Notes under the pieces: model-generated
The model's database searches: none
Told to the model about the DNA's origin: nothing
Seen by the model: only the letters and a program-made list of their open reading frames with translations
From: Licmophora abbreviata
Lineage: Eukaryota
Length of the DNA stretch: 35,496 bases
Direction of reading: 5' to 3'
Assembly: GCA_900291995.1 (NCBI GenBank)
Contig: OLMU01000858.1
Span: 1-35,496 of the forward strand
Position numbers and translations under genes: made by a program
Shown: one piece after another, positions 1-12,215 of the stretch
Position numbering within the stretch: the first letter of the stretch is position 1
How the letters are laid out: each line of letters starts with the position of its first letter

Positions 1-711
1 GTGCTCAAAACCTACTGTGTCAGAGCACCACCATCGTGGGCGCAAGCGCGCAAATTCCTTTACTCCCGCTCGGTCTCAATCGTAAAAAAAATTCCGGAAG
101 TCTTCGAACGAGGGTTTCTCGATTTTATCTACTTTGTAGTACTACGTCGTAGTATTGATATCCACATGTAGAAAAAGTGGAAAAACATTGGAGAGCGCTG
201 GAGCGTACTACGAATCATATGTAGCTCAAGGAGCGCGCGAGCGCGACGTCATCACATCATCTCTTCACACAAAACGCCATCACCAAGTTTGAAGTTGCTC
301 AGACTTCACCATGCGGAAACGACGGCAGATTGCTCTACCTTCTTTGGCCTTTCCATCCACAGGAACGATTTCGTTAAGATTCACATTCACCGTATGTCTG
401 GTCAAGGTCAACAGGATCCTGTCGATGACAGCGATGAGAGGAGGCTCTTTTGATGCGATGCTGCTAGTCGCCGGTCGTGCTTGATTGCAATCTCAACCTC
501 AACACATAATAGTGTTTCCAGAATAGAATGCGGAAATTCTACGTTCATACTAGTGACTGGAGCAAGAGTGATCAATGAATACTAAAAAGGAGATGGAGGT
601 TGCGAAGTGCCATAATGCAAACTGGAGGATCACGAGAGAAACTCAACTCGTTCAAGTTTACAACTCTTTCCAGCCGACACACCGACGCGTCCACCACATG
701 CGTGCGTCCAT

Positions 712-2716
712 TCAGAAATCCATTTCCCACAACGTCTTGTCGTATGCAGTTAGCAAGTCGTCCGCATCAGGACAGGTCTGTTGATCACCGTCAAAACAGC
801 AGTGCTGGCAGCACGTGCATGCAAACTCAGGCGCCGTAGCCGTGTCACCGTCGTCACCACAGTCAGCTACGAACATTGGAATATCGAGGGCGGAACAAAT
901 GGAAGATGCATCTCCCGTAATGGTGTTGTTGTTGAGTGTAAGCAGCTCTGTCGGACAAGAGAGAAAGCGAGCTCTGTAAGCGAGTGTGTGTACATGAGTT
1001 TGGAATATTAGTAAGCGCGGTCTTCGACTTACCGAGACTCGTCAGCTGAGAAACTTGCGCCGGTAGATCTCCAGTCAACTCGTTTCGATTGAGTAGAAGG
1101 AACTTGAGGTCGGTGAGCTGACCAATCTCACTGCACACGGCGCCTTGAAGCTCATTCTCTTGGAGATCGAGCAGCACAAGGTTCGTCAGAGCGCCAATAA
1201 AGCTTGGGAGGTCGCCAGTGAGACTAGTCTTACGTAGGTTCAACTCTCGCAGCGCGACCATGTACTTGAGAAATTCCGGAATAGGCCCTTCACTGAATCC
1301 TTGATTATCGCCGAGCGACAGATATGTAAGCTCTGCCAAACTCCCTACGGATGTTGGAATGTCACCTTCAAGTCGATTCGTGCCAAGGTCGAGATGGCGC
1401 AGCTTGTGAAGATTGTTGATCGAGGAGGGAATCTCCCCAGTCAGAAAGTTGTCGGATAGACTAAGAAACTCGAGTGTTGACGAGTGGGGCGTATCTATGG
1501 GCAAGGGTCCTTCCAACAGGTTGTTGGAGAGATTGATCGTCTGGAGAGATGGAGCACGCAACAATGCACGAGGAACCTTGCCATGGAATCGATTCGACGA
1601 CACATCGAGCGTCTGGAGTGTGTCATGGAACTTCTCGAAGAAGGTGTTGGTGATCTTGCCGACGAACTCATTGTCTTGGAGTTTGATGGTCCGGAGCGAC
1701 GACATGTTCTCTACAAGCGACACGTTACCGCCGAGATGGTTCCCACCAAGCGATAGCGTTACAAGAGAGGTCATGTTGAGAAGCGCGGTAGGGAGCATCG
1801 ATGTGAAGTGGTTCGATGACAAGTCGAGTGTTTCGAGACTGGTGTATTCACCGAGCCAAGCGGGAAGCGATCCAATGAGCTTATTGGCACCAAGCTGGAG
1901 GGATTCGAGATTCGTCATCTTGCGCCACTCATGCGGGAGCGTTCCGGTAATATCATTGTTGAACATGGACAGGTGCGTTAAGTGACGAAGAAGCGAGACT
2001 TCCGATGGTAGAGTGCCAGCGAGTGCGTTTTGGTCTGTAGAGTTTGAGGGGACAAGAACGGAAGGCTGTCGGTGACTGAACATGAAACGGCGACAACAGA
2101 CAGCTTCGTGACCACAAGTATTTTTCGTTGAGTGCTTACCTGTATCCAGTATCTCAATTTGACCCTGTTCGTTACATGTGACACCGCTGATAGTGTAGCT
2201 CGCTCCACCGATGGCCATGCTGCGGTACCATTGGCACTCATGACGACGCGGCGAGGCGAAATGCAGAGGATGCGACCACTTGGTCTCACCGTGCGTGGAA
2301 TAGTATAAGACCATCAAGGCGTAGCGTTGCAGAAAGCTCTTGGCTTGATCCTTGGAAGAGGAGGAGGGAATCTCGGTGGTGTAAGTGTCGGTGTAGGCCA
2401 ACCAGTCGGCAGCTCGTCTCTGCGGCGTGGTGTGATCGTAGAGCGCGTTGGTATCGGAAACATCGGACAAGTAGTCGATTATCTGATGAAGCCTGACTTT
2501 GCTGTCCCGATTGGACTTGGCAATCATGACTCCTGCTGCGATACAGACAGCAGCGAGAGCCAAGAAGAGAATGACAACGGCAGCGATGTACTTCTTCTTG
2601 AGCGTCGGCTTGCTGGCATAGCCGGTCGTCTGCTTGACCTCTTCTACTGACGGAAGCTGGTCATGAAGGTTGTCCTCGAGGTCCACGTGAGAGAGACCGT
2701 CGCTAGAGTTCATCAT
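712..2716 (-). CDS. Membrane-anchored leucine-rich-repeat protein (receptor-like, diatom LRR family), 3 exons
   Basis: Exons 2716-2140, 2034-1033, 947-712; GT-AG introns 2139-2035 (105 nt) and 1032-948 (85 nt). N-terminal TM segment KKKYIAAVVILFLALAAVCIAAGVMIA, LQRYALMVLYYST cap, many LxxLxLxxNxLxGxIP repeats. The spliced C-terminus ADC...CTCCQHCC ends at TGA 714-712. Start at 2716 is inferred; the ORF is open further upstream to 2830. Confidence 0.85.
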
Positions 2717-3140
2717 GGTGGATCGTTGTACAGTACTTGGGACGGTGGTCAACGTCTTACACGGGCGCGGTGGCGTACTTTCGATTTTGTGAGCCTTTAT
2801 GGTGGAAGCTTCATGCATGGAAGCCGTCAAGCTCTGTCATTGCTTTCCCGAATGATGACATTCGACGGATTTCAGACCAGAAATGTCATGACACTACTTT
2901 GTACTCCTCAGCATCCTTTATATGCACAAACTTATTCTCCAGGATATTCTTGAAGTTAAATAAATATTAAGACCGCCCGGTATTCACCACATGGCGCGCC
3001 ATGATCAGCCTTTGCAACACTCACCAATGCCGGCTCTACGAGATTGGACTGCGAGTAGTCTAAAATCTACAAGCTCGCCGTCATCGCCACTCTTTCACTC
3101 CTTCACGCGTCTGTCTGGTCGCCAATATCATTTGTCTACA

Positions 3141-3917
3141 ATGGGAAAGCAGTCGAAACGCCCGAATCGGAAAAAGGCACAGGATCGAATGAAACGCATG
3201 GAGCAGAATCTCGCAGCCGCCAAAGCGCTTGAAAACCCGCTCGTCCATGCCAACATCGAGTCCAGCATGCTAGCCATGGAGATTTCGATCTCGCCCGAGG
3301 AAGCCAGGTCGAAGCCGAAATCCATCAAAGAGGAAGACAAGAACCCCAATATTCCACCAGAGCAGCTTCTACTCGTAGATTCGAAAAACAGTATCCAGAT
3401 TCAGTACTATGCTTCGCCGCTTCCCAATGACTTGCACGACGCCTGCATGAAACTCTTTGAACAGAACATGGGAGATATGTACAGGCAGAGCGAATGGGGA
3501 CTCGATCTCCAAGACAAAGCAAGCGAATTTCGTCATGTGGATGCTCGCTTCCTCCTTGTGACAAGCGCTACGACTCCCAACGAGTCGTCAGCGCGCGACA
3601 TAGTCGCCTTTTGCCACTTTCGATTCGACACCAATGACGACGACCAGCCGACCGAAGAAGTACTCTATGTGTATGAAATTCAAGTCAATAGCAGCGCTCG
3701 TCGAGTGGGTCTGGGAGAGCGACTCATGAGTGTCTTGGAGACAGTAGCCGCTCACACCGAGATGAGGAAAGTCATGCTGACGGTATTTCGGAAGAATCAT
3801 ACAGCGATGAACTTCTACACGACCAAGCTCGACTACGTGATCGACGACACTAGTCCAAGCAAACACGGCGAGACTGTCGACTATGAGATTCTGAGCAAGG
3901 CTCTCGTCGCTAGCTAG
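3141..3917 (+). CDS. NAA40: N-alpha-acetyltransferase 40 (NatD, histone H4/H2A N-terminal acetyltransferase; GNAT fold)
   Basis: Motifs NMGDMYRQSEWG, AFCHFRFD, VLYVYEIQV, RRVGLG (acetyl-CoA binding), KVMLTVFRKN, DDTSP and YEILSK are characteristic of NAA40. Start taken at MGKQSKR (3141). Confidence 0.88.
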   Translation: MGKQSKRPNRKKAQDRMKRMEQNLAAAKALENPLVHANIESSMLAMEISISPEEARSKPKSIKEEDKNPNIPPEQLLLVDSKNSIQIQYYASPLPNDLHDACMKLFEQNMGDMYRQSEWGLDLQDKASEFRHVDARFLLVTSATTPNESSARDIVAFCHFRFDTNDDDQPTEEVLYVYEIQVNSSARRVGLGERLMSVLETVAAHTEMRKVMLTVFRKNHTAMNFYTTKLDYVIDDTSPSKHGETVDYEILSKALVAS

Positions 3918-4063
3918 AACGTAGTGTCCTCTTTTAAAGTTATACCTCCACTAGTTAGAATACTACGAGTACACTATACTCTTCTCTCGTGGCACCCAGG
4001 AACCTCACTCCAAACTCAAGCAAAGCACTCGGCATAGCCTACAGTGTAATAGCTCCTACTCGT

Positions 4064-5966
4064 CTACCTTCGCCCCGCCGATGCAGAGTGGTACTTGACA
4101 TTGAGACTTCGTCCATGAAACGGAAGTCCGTCTTCACGGGTCACGTCATACAAAATTCCCGTCTCCTGATAGGCCACATACATGTGAATACCATCCGGCG
4201 AGAAGGCCAATCCCGTGGTTTCATCTTCCCACTTGCGACTCTCCAAAATCGTAAAGTAGTCACCTGCACTATTTCGACCATGAATACCAGCGTCGCGACC
4301 ACCTTCCTCTGTAAAATATAAAATATCGTGGTCGTCCAAGATACGCTGAACTTGATCGGGCGCGCCATCGAACAAACCCGACGTTATACTCTGCTCTTCG
4401 TATGTAAGATCGTCCAGATTCAGGATAAAGAGCTGCTTGATTCGTTTCGATACAACAAATAGTTCAGGACCTTGTACGTCGATTCCTTCCGTATTAGGAT
4501 AATACAGATTGGCATTCGCCCTGGCTGCGTCCAGATCCTTGACCCATCGAAACGTTCCTCCGCTGTTGCCGTCGGGCTCCAACACCAGGTAGTCCAAAGC
4601 GCCATCCCCATGCAGCATGGTCCATGGATCGCCCCAGTCGGGGTTGGATACAGTGAAGCGCCTCAAGGCACCTCGCTCGTGATCTTCTGTGGCAAAAAAC
4701 TTTGGTTTGCTTCGATTCCGTACATCATGCGAGAAGGACTCCCACCGTCCACCGGCCTTGCCCATGGTAATCTTGGCAGGGCTACGCTTACCAAAGGGAT
4801 CCACTTGGTAGATTTCACCCTTGGTGCCCCATTCTTCGCATGACACCCATGTATTCCACGGAGTACTCCCTCCACCACAATTCATAGTGGAACCAGTCAG
4901 AATCATTTCGTAGCTGAGCGTGTTGCCATCGCTATCAAACGTAATCGCTCCAACGCCGCCTTGACCGGCGTCTTTCATTTCCGAATTCGACACGTAGACC
5001 CAACCACCAGGATTCGTGTCATCGTCTTCAGGTACTGGGTAGGTAGCACCAAAATCAGGCCGTTCGTGGAATCGAGTCTCTGAGAAAGTACCATCGATCA
5101 ACTGAACCTTCTGTTTGTGTCTAGCGACAATTCGTGCAGTGAGGCCCGTAGACATGAATAGACTAACCATGTTGACAGTCAAGTCGCCAGGGCGGTACGT
5201 GACATTGAGAGCCGTAGGAGAAGTAGTGGAGGCTTCGATCGTCAGCGAAGGCTGTGTTGACGGGGCATCGGACGGAAAAGGTGACGGTGCACGTGTTGGA
5301 AGGGGCGTTGGATGTGACGTTGGAACGGGAGTTGGATTGTCCGTCGGCGTGGCGGTCGTTGCAAGTGATGTTGGAATCACCGATGCCTCGTCGACAACAG
5401 TGACGGGTGAAGCGGTCAATTCTGGAGTCGGGCTGGGCGTTGGCTGTGGCGAAGGCCTTTCTGTCGGAGAAATTGTAAGTTGTGCTCCTGTTGGAGATTC
5501 GGAAGGCGCTAGTGACGGTGCATGGGTATTTTCGGGCAGAGTCGGAGCCGAGGATATTGGAGTACTGGTAGTAGGTGCTATCGTAGTGACTGCAGTGGCA
5601 AGGGAGGGTTGTGTCGTGGGAGAGGAACTGCCTAGAACGTCGTGATTTGTTCCAAGTAAGGGCTGTGACAAGACAATGTAGAGAACGAACGGTTGCAAGG
5701 TGAGTGTAAGCTCTCCGAAGCTAACAAGTAACGAAGCGATTGCGCTGCAGTTTTCCGCCTTCACTCACCCCACCTCCCGCAGGAGTCGCAGCATTCGGAG
5801 AAAAATGACCCATGGCAGCCAACATGACAGTCGGAAAGACTACAGCGACTACCGCAAAACCCACACAAGCGGTCAACAGCCACCCTCGTTTCCGCGGCGT
5901 TCCATCCGTACTCTCATCGTCCTCCAAAGGAAACCACGGCTCCCCACGTCTCACCAAGTACGCCAT
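4064..5966 (-). CDS. PhoX/DUF839-family alkaline-phosphatase-like protein with N-terminal membrane anchor and Pro/Thr/Ser-rich stalk, 2 exons
   Basis: Exons 5966-5769 and 5662-4064; intron 5768-5663 (GTGAG...CACAG, 106 nt, phase 0). Motifs RPDFGA, YVSNSE, NCGGGSTPWNTWVSCEE, GRWES, NTEG, PDQ and ETTGLAFSPDG match DUF839/PhoX. TM segment WLLTACVGFAVVAVVFPTVMLAAM. Confidence 0.85.
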
Positions 5967-6267
5967 AGTGAAGCGTTTGTGTGTCGTGATCGTTTTGTTC
6001 ATGAAAAAGTGACTTCGATGGGAGTAACGGAGTGAAAAGGGCTCTCGTCTGAGCTGGCTGCCGGCCATATTCGGCGGGCTATGACATGGCGGCTGGTTCA
6101 CGGGAAAGCCCCAGTCTCCGCATAGGAGTGGCGCATTGGGCGCGTTACGCCAGTCACAACGTCACTCCACTCTTGTGAGTAGCCATGTGCATCCACAGAG
6201 GTGCGAGGAGACGCACGACAAGAACGTTCCGCTCCTCATGGTTCATGTGTTGTGATGGCAGCTGATG

Positions 6268-6275
6268 GCGCGAAA
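6268..6275 (-). promoter_or_regulatory. Canonical E2F-like site (TTTCGCGC) upstream of MCM5
   Basis: The + strand GCGCGAAA is the reverse complement of TTTCGCGC, ~250 nt upstream of the MCM5 ATG in the divergent PhoX/MCM5 intergenic region. Confidence 0.4.
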
Positions 6276-6405
6276 GAAAGAAACCTGACTGATGACGGAC
6301 GTCACAGCTTTCATCACTAGTCGAAGGAGTCGACCCCGATACCTTTTTCTAATCTGAATTTCAGTACTGCAGCCTACGTAAATGCTACGTGATGGCATTG
6401 GTAGA

Positions 6406-6420
6406 TTTTGGCGCGGGAGA
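6406..6420 (+). promoter_or_regulatory. Overlapping E2F-like sites (TTTTGGCGCGGGAGA) upstream of MCM5
   Basis: Contains TTTGGCGC on + and TCCCGCGCC on -, ~105 nt before the ATG at 6526. MCM genes are classic E2F targets. Confidence 0.5.
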
Positions 6421-6525
6421 TTTTAGACTTCACTTCTTCACGTGGACCATGACATTGAGTTTGCTGTACGTGAAGCAAAGTTTGCGGTAAACGACCCGAG
6501 GAGAGGAACAGCTCAAGCACGCACC

Positions 6526-9392
<2,867 letters not shown>

Positions 9393-9427
9393 GTTAGCAA
9401 TAAAACATAGGTGTTGAATTGTGACAA

Positions 9428-10186
9428 CTATGCGAGTCGTTCTAGCAGTGCTCGCTTCTTTTGCTCGAGAATCGCTTCTGCAATAAGTTCCTGCGTTGGA
9501 ATGGCGCTGTGCATCGAAGAGTCTCCCAGCCCATCTTCAACATCGTCTGTTTCGTCGTCTGACGGCTCTTCGCCGCGCTCCAGTTGTTCACGTGTCTTGG
9601 CTTTGTTGTATTCTTTCAGACGCGTCGCATTCGTTTGTGAAGCTTTTTTTTCTAGCTCAAGCAAGACTCCATCTTCCTCTTCTCGCCAACCGTAGTAGTC
9701 AGGTGTAATGTACTTGTATATATCGGCGCGTTTGCGCTTCGCTGCCTTTTGCCTAGCCTTGGCAAACAGTTCCTGCACCCCCGGTAAATCCTTGGCCGCA
9801 CCGAAGTAGCGATATCCACTTCCCGTCTGCAGATCATCCGAGCCGTGTTCCAGCTGCTGCCGTTTCTCAATGGCATTGAAATCGGGTCCGCCAAGTTCCT
9901 TGACGCGACGATTCCAGTGATACTTTTCTCTCATCTTCTTATTGATTTCGTCGTTCAAATCACGAATCGCGTGTTCGCCCAATCCAGGATTCTGTATCTT
10001 GGCAATGCCCTGGGATATTTCTCGCAATATCTGCTTGCGATAGCGCTCGGCATCGTCCAAATGTTCGCACTGCGACGCCAGAAAGGGTCTCTTGGCCATG
10101 CGCGGCTTCAGTGGCGCGTTGCCGTCTTCCCTCATTTTGACCCATTTGTTCAGCATCGCCTGCGCCTTTTCTTCGGGCCGAGCCAT
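9428..10186 (-). CDS. ISY1: Pre-mRNA-splicing factor ISY1 (NTC/Prp19 complex)
   Basis: MARPEEKAQAML, KIQNPGLGEHAIRDLNDEINK, ELGGPDF, GYRYFGAAKDLPGVQELF and YYGWREEEDG are Isy1 hallmarks. Single exon. Confidence 0.93.
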   Translation of the reverse strand: MARPEEKAQAMLNKWVKMREDGNAPLKPRMAKRPFLASQCEHLDDAERYRKQILREISQGIAKIQNPGLGEHAIRDLNDEINKKMREKYHWNRRVKELGGPDFNAIEKRQQLEHGSDDLQTGSGYRYFGAAKDLPGVQELFAKARQKAAKRKRADIYKYITPDYYGWREEEDGVLLELEKKASQTNATRLKEYNKAKTREQLERGEEPSDDETDDVEDGLGDSSMHSAIPTQELIAEAILEQKKRALLERLA

Positions 10187-10477
10187 GATTGCAACGTTCT
10201 ATAGAGTGACCGGAAGACGAGAGCGGAATAGAGCACAGGGATAATCGTAGTAAGAATGAATCGACTAGGCAACACTAGGGACTGGACACGCGACACGCGA
10301 CTTTCAACTTCTTTTTGATGTCTCGTCGTCGCGTTTTGTGGTACAGTGGCTGTCGTGACGGACCAGGCGTGCCTCGAGCCTAGTCTTGTCTGCAGCATAG
10401 ATTCCGGATTCCAGTATTCTAGTGCGTATATTTCTACACAGGCTCTCATACATCACAGAATCTCAGGCTCGGTCACC

Positions 10478-11125
10478 ATGTTGCGATCTTCAGTGGCTCG
10501 TTCTGCCCGTTCTGTGGCCTGTCGCACACAGCGGTGAGTAAATATTGAACAAGTGCTTGCTGAAGAAAGGCACTGAAGTGGTACAATTTGCGAAAGGAAG
10601 GGAAAATGGCCTCGGAGGTCGATGATTCGCTGGCTGTCGCTCCTCGCGGTAGCATCTCCATTCGGAGTCTGTCTGTCAGTCCAACGGATCCTCTTCGCCT
10701 CCCAGCGGCAGTCGTCGGAAGCGAGTCTGGTTTCACAGTAACAGGCGTCAGAGTTGACTCTGCCAGACCTGATCAGCCTTCTATGTACCAGTAGCAAAAA
10801 ACTCGACGACTTTGTATTGTACGAAGTATTTCCTACCAGATTCTCACGTCTCACCAACACTTCTTCTCTTTCGACACCCGTCAATATCTTACACAGACGT
10901 CGCATGGGCGACGGTCCTTTTCCGAGCGACCTTGGAGTTAAAAAGAACAAGTTCGTTGAAGAATGGAATGGGCGACGTGAAATTACCGAGATGAACTTCT
11001 CACTTGGCGAAAGCAAGGTGCCAGCGGTGGTGATTGCATGCATTGCCCTTCCGACCCTCGTCTACGCCGCGTCACGAACAGAACTGATGAACAGTGGAGA
11101 TCGTCGTTACAAGGACGTGTTTTAG
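10478..11125 (+). CDS. NDUFB4: Mitochondrial complex I accessory subunit, NDUFB4/B15-like, 2 exons
   Basis: Exon 1 10478-10533 (MLRSSVARSARSVACRTQR, Arg/Ser-rich mitochondrial presequence), intron 10534-10896 (GTGAGT...ACACAG, 363 nt, phase 2), exon 2 10897-11125. KKNKFVEEWNGRREITEMNF followed by one TM helix (VVIACIALPTLVY) resembles the plant B15 pattern KNKFIEDWxxxRENLEHNF...IALP as recalled. The spliced gene is not in the ORF track. Confidence 0.7.
10591..10873 (+). ncRNA. Candidate intronic structured RNA (snoRNA-like, unidentified)
   Basis: Long helix 10624-10641 / 10704-10727 (18 bp with G-U pairs and one 6-nt bulge); hairpin 10749-10762; GATGA at 10621, CTGA at 10769, ANANNA at 10735; possible closing helix 10591-10600 / 10863-10873. 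Lies in an intron about 4 times longer than the others. Confidence 0.4.
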
Positions 11126-11185
11126 AACCATTTTTACTTCAGTTTATTAGATGACCTCATCATTTAGTGTAGCGGATGATCGGTT

Positions 11186-11839
11186 CTATTTCCTAGCAGA
11201 CACCGCCCGCTTGGCCTCTTGATCTTCCAATCGGTACAACTCAGCCAGTCGCTCTTCTTCGTCCTGCGCCATTCGTTCTTTCTTTTCACGCTCCTTCTCG
11301 GCAGCTTCTTGGACGCGTGCATTATAGTAGACTTTTGTCTTTTTAGGTGTACTGGATAAGGCAGCATCAAAACTGCTAAACTTGGTGGGTATCTTGTAAC
11401 TTCGACACATGGCCGCGACTTTGAGTGGTGACCGAGGATCAGTCGGAGACTCAACGACATCGCTGAGCCCAAAAGCAGTTCCATCGACCAATCGCACCGT
11501 GACTTGATCTGATTTGGGTCCCGCAAACTCGACAGTCTGGATACCGCGAGCAGAGTCTCGGAGAATCACTTCGAACTCCGACACGGAAATCGTCGGCACC
11601 GAGGCTGCAGAAGATGGCGACAGGCTCATGGTCGAGAGGAACGCGAGCGACGTCACGGACGCTGCTGCAGTATCGAGAAATTCTCGTCTGGACTCCATAG
11701 CAAACAGCGCTTGCTGATGGCGAAAAGCTGTGGCGGATTTGGACTGGTACAGCGGTGTGTTGCCAGTGAAAGCGGTGGTGTGTTGCGAAATAAGTATCGA
11801 CACTGCAACCAGCAGGGGCATTCCTATTCTTTGAAACAT
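11186..11839 (-). CDS. Plastid thylakoid-lumen-targeted protein, FtsH lumenal-domain-like, with C-terminal charged coil
   Basis: Signal peptide ending TTA|F (ASAFAP-type), transit peptide, twin-Arg signal SRREFL + hydrophobic stretch + SAA-S. Then ISVSEFEVILRD...IQTVEF, similar by eye to the FtsH lumenal MSYSRFLEYLD...VxKVDL. Start 11839 (alternative 11857). Confidence 0.65.
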   Translation of the reverse strand: MFQRIGMPLLVAVSILISQHTTAFTGNTPLYQSKSATAFRHQQALFAMESRREFLDTAAASVTSLAFLSTMSLSPSSAASVPTISVSEFEVILRDSARGIQTVEFAGPKSDQVTVRLVDGTAFGLSDVVESPTDPRSPLKVAAMCRSYKIPTKFSSFDAALSSTPKKTKVYYNARVQEAAEKEREKKERMAQDEEERLAELYRLEDQEAKRAVSARK

Positions 11840-12113
11840 GATTGGGGGTTCTCGCATAGACGAGGGAAGACTGGACCTGTAGAAGACGAGTGGAGTGAGT
11901 CCTCTTCAGACAACGACGGCAATGCAATATGATACGAAGTACGATATTGTATATGAATTTGTCAAGCCGATGTTTGCATTGAGAGTGACGCATCCAGTTG
12001 GTGAAAAGTCGAAAAGTAGTCGGTATTCGGTATTCGCCATTTCCCGCCAAAGCTGTCTGTGTGTTCGTGTGTCCAAGTTGAAGCTTGGATAGATGACACC
12101 CAAACAATCTGTG

Positions 12114-12129
12114 ATGGCGAAGATTTGAA
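12114..12129 (+). promoter_or_regulatory. CDE/CHR-like element (ATGGCG-AAGA-TTTGAA) upstream of NCAPG2
   Basis: GC-rich GGCG core, 4-nt spacer and a perfect CHR hexamer TTTGAA at 12124-12129, ~90 nt before the ATG at 12216. Confidence 0.35.
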
Positions 12130-12215
12130 CGCGCCTGCGCGCCAGAATCCGCCGCAATGACGGACGAATCACAAAAAATCTTGGCGCAGTCGACCACGAC
12201 GCTAAACATTCGACC

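Noticed and set aside
1..700. Possible small gene (47-codon ORF from ATG 311) or ncRNA at the window start
   Set aside because: Too short, no motif and no clear splice structure; treated as intergenic or promoter sequence.
1413..1985. 190-aa + strand ORF, and similar long antisense ORFs (5115-5645, 17805-18539, 30637-31377, 32505-33239)
   Set aside because: Shadow ORFs opposite well-supported genes, with no recognisable motifs.
5215..5625. Repetitive DNA suggesting a tandem repeat or CRISPR-like array
   Set aside because: It is the coding sequence of the Pro/Thr/Ser stalk; there are no identical nucleotide repeats with spacers.
10760..10800. ACCTGATCAG resembles the core of a TPP riboswitch
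   Set aside because: No upstream GCTGAGA and no downstream TAATxCCxGCGxAGGGA; the host gene is unrelated to thiamine.
10591..10873. Intronic structure as RNase MRP/P RNA (size ~280 nt; ACAGTAA resembles CR-IV)
   Set aside because: The P4 signatures (GAAAGTCCCC and GGGGCTxA for MRP; GGAAxxTCxG and matching CR-V for RNase P) are not present.
10823..10876. TATTTCCTA resembles the U17/snR30 m1 motif
   Set aside because: Imperfect m1, no AAACCAT m2 with a correctly spaced ACA, and the region coincides with the intron branch point and pyrimidine tract.
10453..11043. 196-aa minus-strand ORF spanning the long intron
   Set aside because: No recognisable domain and antisense to the better-supported spliced NDUFB4-like gene; it cannot be fully excluded without expression data.
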